Positions 54,532 to 61,620 of a DNA stretch of 61,620 nt are shown piece by piece (within the stretch, counting starts at the first letter, position 1; each line of letters begins with the position of its first letter). The notes below the pieces were generated by a model. The model made no database searches and was not told the DNA's origin. It saw only the letters and a program-made list of their open reading frames with translations. The position numbers and the translations under genes are program-made. This DNA comes from Bacteroidales bacterium (GTDB lineage Bacteria > Bacteroidota > Bacteroidia > Bacteroidales > P3), in assembly GCA_031548675.1 (NCBI GenBank), contig JAVBQU010000068.1:1-61620 (forward strand), given 5' to 3'.

Positions 54532-56190
54532 TCAATCGCCAAGTTTAATAATTTTTTCAGTCCCTAAATTTTCTCCGTTTAATGAAGAGATGTTTAGAAA
54601 ATAAACGCCTTTTCCTAAACTTTTAGTATCTAACCGGATATTTAAATTATTATTCGTAAATTTTTCTGTGAGAATAATTTTTCCTAAACTATTGTATACA
54701 TGAATAATAAAAAATGGAGGTGCTGTATTTTTAAATGTTATAAAAATTTCATTCTGGGCAGGATTAGGAGCAATAGTAAAATTATTTACCGAATTATTTT
54801 CAGCAAGGTCTTCAATAGCTAAAACATTGGTGCCACCCAAACTCATCACATTCGAATTTATTGGATCTAACCATGGTTTTAGCTGAAGAGAATCAGCATT
54901 TCCATTACTAGTCCAATTGTAAGAAAACATTCCATAATAATCGGCAGCAGTTTTTGCTGAACAAGAAGAACCTCCCCCTGTTAAGTTTCCTATAATTTCT
55001 CCATTGCTGTTGAAAAGGGCAGATCCTGAAGAACCACCTTCTGTTACACCATATCCGTTTGTGGTAGCACTCCAATTCACTTTCCAATGCGTTATTTTGC
55101 TAACATAGGCAGATGCGGTAGGCTTGGTTTTGTAAGTCGATATTTTTTTAACATCTCCGGCAGGATGATGAAAGCAAACTCCGCTTGTAGTCGCATTTCC
55201 GCTTCTATTCCACCCAGCAAAATAAGAGTTGTAGCTTTCGGGTACTTTATTTACCAATTTTAATAAGCAAAAGTCACCGCCAGCATCTCCTTCAGAAGGG
55301 TCTCTTGCCATTAAGTCGGCTCCTGTTAAGGTTTGTGTTTTAAGACCGGCATCTGTAGATGGGTTCTGGCAGCCTGGTGATTCGTAATTAAAATAAAAAA
55401 CCCATTGCTTCAATAGCAGTGCATCGGTATATTCCATACAGTGCGACGCGGTTAAAAGATAAGGAGTATTGTCTTGTTTGGTATTGTTTATTAAAGTTCC
55501 TGTGCAATACGCTTCTCCGAAGCTATTTTTTATCTTGATTCGTACTGCCGCTCTTTGTTGATTTCTATATGCATCGCCTTCGCTACAGTTTGCGTTTACT
55601 TCGCACGAACCTGATGCTCCAAATCCTGTAGCTTTCAAATCTTTATAGGTGTATCCTATTTCAGCAATCTCCATAATAGGGTTGTCTATAATATTGTAGG
55701 GCTGGAAATATTCCAGGATTACAGCATCTTTATCTACGGATTCTGTAGCAAATAAACCTGTTGCATCATTGTTTAAATAGGTAAAAGCTCCTATTAATTG
55801 TGTTTTTTCTGTATTATAAATAAATAATTTGCTCCCTTTGGGTAAGTAAAATTTATTGAAATATAATGAAATAGCAAATGCTTTTTCGGAAGATAATTTT
55901 AACTGCCAAAGATCTCCCTCTGCAAGTTGCTGATGTGTAGCTTCTTGAAAAAAATCTTTATTTACAGGTAAGATAACTCCTGCACGAAAAGGTTTATAAG
56001 CATTTTCCGGTTGGACATCTTCTGCTAAAAGGATTTGCGTATCTGGAGCAGGAATTTCTATATGATTTATTTCGGATATGGATTTATGCGAGTAACCATA
56101 AGGCATTCCACCAATACTAAGTTGGGCATAAATATTTGTATACCAAATGAATAATATAAAAGAAATAACAAAAGTAGGTTTTTTAAACAT
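54532..56190 (-). CDS. Trypsin-fold serine endopeptidase with a T9SS type-A C-terminal sorting domain
   Basis: I start at ATG 56190 ('MFKKPTFVISFILFIWYTNIYAQ'). The catalytic His lies in 'LLTASHC' and the Ser in 'TEGGSSGSALF'. The C-terminal ~80 aa read 'APNPAQNEIFITF..VYNSLGKII..GVYFLNI', matching a Por/T9SS tail. Confidence 0.8.
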   Translation of the reverse strand: MFKKPTFVISFILFIWYTNIYAQLSIGGMPYGYSHKSISEINHIEIPAPDTQILLAEDVQPENAYKPFRAGVILPVNKDFFQEATHQQLAEGDLWQLKLSSEKAFAISLYFNKFYLPKGSKLFIYNTEKTQLIGAFTYLNNDATGLFATESVDKDAVILEYFQPYNIIDNPIMEIAEIGYTYKDLKATGFGASGSCEVNANCSEGDAYRNQQRAAVRIKIKNSFGEAYCTGTLINNTKQDNTPYLLTASHCMEYTDALLLKQWVFYFNYESPGCQNPSTDAGLKTQTLTGADLMARDPSEGDAGGDFCLLKLVNKVPESYNSYFAGWNRSGNATTSGVCFHHPAGDVKKISTYKTKPTASAYVSKITHWKVNWSATTNGYGVTEGGSSGSALFNSNGEIIGNLTGGGSSCSAKTAADYYGMFSYNWTSNGNADSLQLKPWLDPINSNVMSLGGTNVLAIEDLAENNSVNNFTIAPNPAQNEIFITFKNTAPPFFIIHVYNSLGKIILTEKFTNNNLNIRLDTKSLGKGVYFLNISSLNGENLGTEKIIKLGD

Positions 56191-56222
56191 GGTAAAATTA
56201 TTAAGGTTCAAAAATATGAATT

Positions 56223-58544
56223 TTAATCGGAAATAATCAACTTTTTACTAAATACATACGAACTAGACAAAAATATACACAAATAAGTTCCCTGATTCAA
56301 CTTTTTATGATACAAAAAACGAGATAAGCCTTTTTCCTTTATCCCTGTAAATATAGCTTCCTGCAAAACTCCTTGCATATTATAAATAAGCAGACTAAAA
56401 TTCATAGAATAAGGTAAATATAAATCTATATTCGTAAAATTTTTCGCCGGATTGGGACTAATTTCCATACTTATTTTATTTGTATTCAAAGAATTAATGC
56501 TTTGTGAATGCTTGTAAATATGGAGCGTATCTAAATATGGAATTCTAAATTGCTTGTTTGCAAATAAATATAAGTTTTCTTTAGAAGCCAAAGGACTAAA
56601 ATTTAAGGTTACTAAGCCTTCATTATTACTCATACTTGCAGCGAGAACAGTACTATCGGAAGATAAGGCAACATAGGTATAAGGTTCTGTTTCTATTTGC
56701 AGTTCGGTTTGATTAGTAAATAAAGAATCCTGATAATTAATGAATAAAGATGTAGGCTGTTTGAGAAAAGGAGTCAACGAGGGGTCGCCCAATAAATTAT
56801 AAATCTCTGCATAATATAAAGATTTTGAAGGACTGCCTGTAGCTACAGAGAGATTTCCCAATTGGAGGAACTGACCTTGCGTAATTGCCCAATTTTCAGG
56901 ATATTCATTGTGCTGGTGGAGCCAATAATCGAATGCTGACTGAGTTTTGCTTTCATAAGCCGGATGCATTGAAACTTCACCCACGCCTACACTCCAATAA
57001 TAGTCTTCGTCCCAAAAAGTATTATCTGAAGATCCAATATAACCAATAGCTCCATTTGGACTCCGTAAAAAAGCTTCTCCAAAGCATTCGTCTATATTGA
57101 AATTTCCTGATAAACAACAATTTGAAATTATAATTGGATATTTCTTATCATTGCTAATTTGTTCTATTGATGAGTTGGAAATGTTTGGGTTCTTCCATCC
57201 ATCAGCCATACAATGGGCAGAAAAATTTACCAAAGCCATTCCAGAATCTAAATGCTGTTTAATGTCAGCGGTTTTATTAAATGATTCGGATGTACTATAT
57301 TTTATGTTCGTAAATCCCTTGTCTGCAGAAAAATACTCAGATTCTAAATAATTCATTTGTCCATCTGAGTAGATAGTATTGTTGGAACTTTCAAAACCTG
57401 CAATAAGCATGGTTTTATCTAAAAAACTAGGGTTGGAAAATTGATATTGCTCATATATAATGGTTTTTGATATCATGTTTTCAAGCTGTTGCGTATTTTT
57501 AGCTGGAAAACGACCATAAATCATTTCAGGTAAATAATCATCAGTAAATTCAGCATAATATAAATCTGTAACATGTCCCAATGAGTTGGGAATATTTGCT
57601 TTTCCTTCAAATGCAGGCAGCTGCTCTACATCGCCTACTAAAAGTAAATAAAGCGGGGCTGGGTCTTCTGGAGTTGCTTTATTGTATAAATCCTTTAAAT
57701 ATTTTTGGATAGATTGGGGAGAAGAACCTACTTCGGGATTGTCGGTATAAGCTTCTATTACTTTATAGCCTTGCCTGATTTTCCAATCCACAAAGGGTTT
57801 TAAAGTTTCTCGAAACATGGGATTTGAGACAATAATGTACTTTATCGGACTTGTAGAGTAAATAAAAGAGCTTTTATAATTGTCTGAAGAAATATTGGTA
57901 AAATAAGCTGTTCTTGCTTTTTCATAATTCGTTTTCTGAATATCTGCATTTTGAAAAAGAACTTTTGCTTCTATATTTTCGAGAACTTTAAGTTGATTAC
58001 TAACAGGATTATATTGTAGAGGAAATATACTCAGCAAGGCCATATTCTTTCCCCTCAAATATCCTTGTTTTTGAATCGTAATGAAAGGAGCTTCTGAAAA
58101 ACTATCTTTACTATAAGTTTCTGAATTCAAATAAAATAAATCTATAGTATCGTGATTTTTGGAAAGGCTTGGCTGAACCGGCAGAAGTTTTTCATAGAAT
58201 CCTTTTTGTTTAAGGTCTATGATTTTTTCGTTTTTGCGGGTTATTGAAACTTTAATGTCTGCATCCCAAGGGATTTCGATTAACTTTTGATAAACGGGAA
58301 GTTTTGGACTTCCGATTTTATCGTTATTTGAATGCAGATTTTTTATTTTGAGATTCAGAAAGTTTCCATGAATTGTTTCTACTTGCTCTAAATTAATATC
58401 TTCTGAATTAATTTGGAATTTTATATCCAGAGATTGAAAGGGATTTTCTTTTATGGTAACTTGGGCATAAGTATAACCATTTCCAGCAAAATAAATAGTT
58501 GAAAATAAAATTATAATTATGCGCAATAGAGAATTTGTAAGCAT
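56223..58544 (-). CDS. Peptidase C25 (gingipain-like) family protein with a T9SS type-A C-terminal sorting domain
   Basis: 773-aa ORF with a signal peptide. Motifs are 'YLLLVGDVEQLPAF', 'TDLYYAEF', 'VNFSAHCMADGW' (His) and 'IIISNCCLSGNF' (Cys). The C-terminus reads 'SPNPAKNFTNIDL..IYNMQGVL..GTYLCIF'. Confidence 0.75.
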   Translation of the reverse strand: MLTNSLLRIIIILFSTIYFAGNGYTYAQVTIKENPFQSLDIKFQINSEDINLEQVETIHGNFLNLKIKNLHSNNDKIGSPKLPVYQKLIEIPWDADIKVSITRKNEKIIDLKQKGFYEKLLPVQPSLSKNHDTIDLFYLNSETYSKDSFSEAPFITIQKQGYLRGKNMALLSIFPLQYNPVSNQLKVLENIEAKVLFQNADIQKTNYEKARTAYFTNISSDNYKSSFIYSTSPIKYIIVSNPMFRETLKPFVDWKIRQGYKVIEAYTDNPEVGSSPQSIQKYLKDLYNKATPEDPAPLYLLLVGDVEQLPAFEGKANIPNSLGHVTDLYYAEFTDDYLPEMIYGRFPAKNTQQLENMISKTIIYEQYQFSNPSFLDKTMLIAGFESSNNTIYSDGQMNYLESEYFSADKGFTNIKYSTSESFNKTADIKQHLDSGMALVNFSAHCMADGWKNPNISNSSIEQISNDKKYPIIISNCCLSGNFNIDECFGEAFLRSPNGAIGYIGSSDNTFWDEDYYWSVGVGEVSMHPAYESKTQSAFDYWLHQHNEYPENWAITQGQFLQLGNLSVATGSPSKSLYYAEIYNLLGDPSLTPFLKQPTSLFINYQDSLFTNQTELQIETEPYTYVALSSDSTVLAASMSNNEGLVTLNFSPLASKENLYLFANKQFRIPYLDTLHIYKHSQSINSLNTNKISMEISPNPAKNFTNIDLYLPYSMNFSLLIYNMQGVLQEAIFTGIKEKGLSRFLYHKKLNQGTYLCIFLSSSYVFSKKLIISD

Positions 58545-58547
58545 AAG

Positions 58548-59879
58548 CTACAAATCTTTCAGTTTTACTTGAATAGCAGCATTATTAAGATATTGGGCTA
58601 GCTGCTGGTATTCCAACTGGGCTGTTTCCATTTCAGTTACACTATGTTCGAGTATGGCATTAGAACCATGATTTTCCAAAATCTGATTAACATAGCTTAG
58701 AGTGTAGGTATCAACGTTATAGGCGGGAAGAAATTCTTTTATCTCTTCATCTTCTTTGGATGGGGTTTCTACAATCAACCCGCAATCAATTAAATAGTAT
58801 AAGGTTTCTGTAAGTACTCTTTTGGGGACTTTGGAATTGCTTGTAATTTCAATTTCTGACAGGGGTTTATTACCTGCTTGGAAATTCTTTATAATTCTAA
58901 TTACCAAATGAAGGGCGATTATTTTATGGGATTGGAGGTTCATTTTTTGAATATCGTCTTCAAACTCATACCATGCTACATTTTGATGGGCAAAACTAAT
59001 CTTGGCTCCGATTAGCACAATAAGCCAACTTAATTGTAACCAGACTAAAAGCAAAGGGATTGCAGCAAAGCTTCCATAAATAGCATTTAAGCGTGAAATT
59101 CCCATCTGCAAATCGATGTAAAACCATTGGATAACTTCTATCCCGATGCCCGCAAGAATTCCTGCAACTAATGCGGCTTTAAACCGTACTTTTGTATAGG
59201 GCATGGACATGTAAATAAAAACCAATAATCCAATCATCAATAAAAGCGGAATAGCTTTAAATAACCATACTAAAATCGGGCTGACGTATTGAAAAACACC
59301 ATATTCTGCGGAAAGGGTTTTCATTGATGATTGTAAGAAAATATTCACACTGATAAACAGAATTAAGGCTACAGGAGCAATTACCAGTAAAGCTAAATAA
59401 TTGGTCATTCTGCGGATATAAGGACGTTGTTTATTTAAGTGCCAAATATCATTAAACGAAAGTTCTAAATTGTTGAATACTTTTATAATAGCCCAAAGTA
59501 AAACAATAACCCCCACTCCGGTAATTACACCTGTGCTGGTTTTGGCAATAATGCCATTGGCAATCGATAATAGGGTTGAAATAAAATGTTCTTGTCCCGC
59601 AAATTTTGTTAGCAATGTATTTTGAAGATATTCATCATAATTTAGACTTTTGGCAATAGCGAAGCCTAATGCAAAAACCGGAATTACCGCCATCATGGTA
59701 TAGTAAGTAAGAGCCGATGCTCTCAAAACTATTTTATCTGCATTTAAGCTTTTGATAGTAAGGATAACGATACGCGAAATAGAAATTCCAAACGATTTTG
59801 CTTTGGAATATTCTGTTGTATTGATTGTCCAAATATCTTTGGTAAAAAAAGTAATGAGTTTAAGAATTTTATCTTTCAT
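58548..59879 (-). CDS. YihY/BrkB-family integral membrane protein with an extended cytoplasmic C-terminal domain
   Basis: 443-aa ORF with 'ASALTYYTMMAVIPV', six hydrophobic helices, 'YGSFAAIPLLLVWL' and a ~130-aa hydrophilic tail. Confidence 0.8.
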   Translation of the reverse strand: MKDKILKLITFFTKDIWTINTTEYSKAKSFGISISRIVILTIKSLNADKIVLRASALTYYTMMAVIPVFALGFAIAKSLNYDEYLQNTLLTKFAGQEHFISTLLSIANGIIAKTSTGVITGVGVIVLLWAIIKVFNNLELSFNDIWHLNKQRPYIRRMTNYLALLVIAPVALILFISVNIFLQSSMKTLSAEYGVFQYVSPILVWLFKAIPLLLMIGLLVFIYMSMPYTKVRFKAALVAGILAGIGIEVIQWFYIDLQMGISRLNAIYGSFAAIPLLLVWLQLSWLIVLIGAKISFAHQNVAWYEFEDDIQKMNLQSHKIIALHLVIRIIKNFQAGNKPLSEIEITSNSKVPKRVLTETLYYLIDCGLIVETPSKEDEEIKEFLPAYNVDTYTLSYVNQILENHGSNAILEHSVTEMETAQLEYQQLAQYLNNAAIQVKLKDL

Positions 59880-59895
59880 ATTTTAAGAATATAAT

Positions 59896-60432
59896 CTACT
59901 TACTATCTAGCCTTATTTTTGTTAAAATCTTTCTTCCTTTAGCCCAAAAAGCAATAGTTGTTTTATCTCTTTGATTATCAATAATAGCTTTGAGTTCGTT
60001 TTTTAGGTCAGGATAATATTTCAAATGATTAGCAATAACTTGTAACGCATTGGCTTTTACTGCTACAGGTTCTTGTGGAGATAACACAAAATCAAAACAA
60101 TGGTTCAATAATTCGCCTTGCAGATTTTCCGGAATATTTTGTTTTGAAAGTATGGTTAAAAAATTCCGTCTTACTCCGCTTGCATTTAATTTTGATAGGT
60201 TTTGTATGCTGCTGGCTAAATGTTTTTCAAATAGTTTTGGATATTTTTCGCAACAAATAACCATTGCCCATGAGGCACGCATTGATAAAGGATAGGGTTC
60301 GTACAGCGCAACATGAGCAGCAACATCAAAATTTTGCTGGCTTTGTCCAGCTATTTGTGCCGCACGTTCAGCCTTCACTCTTGAGGAACTATCAAGGTAT
60401 TCTTTAAATTCATCAATGGTTGTTGATGCCAT
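59896..60432 (-). CDS. Hypothetical all-helical (HEAT/ARM-like) protein
   Basis: 178-aa ORF in an operon-like position with helix-rich composition. I recognised no signature motif. Confidence 0.6.
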   Translation of the reverse strand: MASTTIDEFKEYLDSSSRVKAERAAQIAGQSQQNFDVAAHVALYEPYPLSMRASWAMVICCEKYPKLFEKHLASSIQNLSKLNASGVRRNFLTILSKQNIPENLQGELLNHCFDFVLSPQEPVAVKANALQVIANHLKYYPDLKNELKAIIDNQRDKTTIAFWAKGRKILTKIRLDSK

Positions 60433-60441
60433 GCTAGGAAT

Positions 60442-61281
60442 TTATTTCATGGTTTTTTGAGAAGTGAGTGTCCCATTTTCATCATAGTACAACCATGTGC
60501 CAACTTCTTTATTTTTACTGTATTGTCCTTGAGTACGTTGTTTGCCATTTCGATACCATTCGGTAAATTTTCCTTCACGCATATCGTCTGCATAATTAGA
60601 TTCTACAATCAATTTTCCATTTTTATCAAATGCTTTCCATGCTCCTGATTTTTTGTCCATTGCATATTCTCCCTCGTAAAAAAGATTACCGTTTTCATGC
60701 CAAACCTTGTTTATCCCATTTTTCATACCGTCTTTATAGTAGCATTCACTGTTTTTTATGCCGGTAGAAAACCAAGAAGTAGATAATCCGTTTCGAACTC
60801 CATCTACCTGTCTTTCGATAATATAAGGTTTATAGTTTGTGAAAAATTTAATATCTATTACGTTGCTTGTGGAATCTTGAAATAATTGAATTTCAGAAGG
60901 ACTGAATTCATTTTTATTGAAAGAGATAACCCTTACTTTATAACCTTTTTCTATTAACGAATTTCCGGCTGTGTCATTGAATATCCAATTGTCGCCAGTA
61001 GTATGGGTTTTAAAATCTCCTTGTGCAAATAATTTTCCATTATCGTGGTAATATTTCCATATACCTACATATTTATCTCCTTCACAAATGCCTTCTAAGC
61101 GAACTTTTTTATCAGGTGAATAGCCTATTTCTCCTATTTTTACGCTGTCTTTGTCGTAAACAAAAACTAATTTAGGATTACCATTGGAATAGGTTTCTAC
61201 AACTTTTTCTATTTTTCTATGGCAAGATGCTAGAATAAAAGAAAATAAAATACTTAATATTAATAATTTACGCATGTTCAT
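60442..61281 (-). CDS. MORN-variant repeat lipoprotein (YwqK-like family)
   Basis: 279-aa ORF with lipobox 'FILASC' and repeated 'G.W..Y..NGKL..EG.Y..G...G.W' units. Confidence 0.75.
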   Translation of the reverse strand: MNMRKLLILSILFSFILASCHRKIEKVVETYSNGNPKLVFVYDKDSVKIGEIGYSPDKKVRLEGICEGDKYVGIWKYYHDNGKLFAQGDFKTHTTGDNWIFNDTAGNSLIEKGYKVRVISFNKNEFSPSEIQLFQDSTSNVIDIKFFTNYKPYIIERQVDGVRNGLSTSWFSTGIKNSECYYKDGMKNGINKVWHENGNLFYEGEYAMDKKSGAWKAFDKNGKLIVESNYADDMREGKFTEWYRNGKQRTQGQYSKNKEVGTWLYYDENGTLTSQKTMK

Positions 61282-61620
61282 TGAATGATTATTTGTTGTT
61301 TAATTTTTTCTATATCTATTTGTTTGATGTATTCGGGTATATTTTTAAAAATAGGATGAAACCCATATCCTCCATTTATTAATTCATTTAAAGCTTGTTC
61401 TTTAGTATAATTCTGATAAATTATTCTATACATTGCAATAATAACTCCTGTACGGTCTGCTCCATGTTTGCAATGTACCACTATGGGTTTAGGAGCAGTC
61501 TGAAGAATCCGCAATGCTTTTATTACATCCTCGTCTTCAATATTATGGGCATTCATTTTTACCTGATATAAATTGATTTTACTATTTTTTCCCTCGTCAT
61601 TATCACTATGGTAAAATCTT
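61278..61620 (-). CDS. Protein-tyrosine/dual-specificity phosphatase-like protein, 5'-partial (runs off the window)
   Basis: The frame stays open to position 61620 ('RFYHSDNDEGKNSKINLYQVKMNAHN..'). It has the CX5R P-loop 'VHCKHGADRTG'. Its stop overlaps the next gene's ATG (ATGA). Confidence 0.75.
   Translation of the reverse strand, partial: RFYHSDNDEGKNSKINLYQVKMNAHNIEDEDVIKALRILQTAPKPIVVHCKHGADRTGVIIAMYRIIYQNYTKEQALNELINGGYGFHPIFKNIPEYIKQIDIEKIKQQIIIQ

Overview
This 61.6-kb AT-rich chromosomal segment reads as Bacteroidota. It has many TAnnTTTG -7 promoter boxes and encodes gldJ, a PorP/SprF protein, T9SS type-A and type-B C-terminal sorting domains, and a glycine-lipid gene pair. I call 47 protein-coding loci (one partial at the right edge, three apparently disrupted), one tRNA-Lys(UUU), about a dozen rho-independent terminators and a set of promoter boxes. 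Most of the content is housekeeping: der, dnaX, murF, lpxH, ruvC, hutU, aqpZ, a polyprenyl synthase, an M16 peptidase, comF and elbB. I saw no CRISPR array, transposase, integrase, prophage or recognisable defence island, and I cannot point to a clear-cut new multi-gene system. The best candidates for a second look are these. (1) A 2.6-10.3 kb glycan locus: galE, a nucleotidyltransferase-GHMP fusion, a GH5 lipoprotein and two GT-C-like membrane proteins, with no Wzx/Wzy or initiating-transferase genes among the adjacent calls, and two of its genes are broken. (2) An exact 11 x 21-nt degenerate tandem array just upstream of the GH5 promoter. (3) A tandem pair of about 900-aa T9SS type-B-CTD surface proteins with a mosaic identity pattern, where the second copy is truncated by a TAA inside the sorting domain. 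(4) An E. coli-like A AAA AAG slippery site inside an A10 run in dnaX, with both alternative frames closing almost immediately. (5) A perfect A AAA AAA heptamer at the frame break of the ArnT-like gene. (6) Several small phased or nested repeat motifs in intergenic regions. All functional calls come from motif recognition by eye in the supplied translations; no database search was run.
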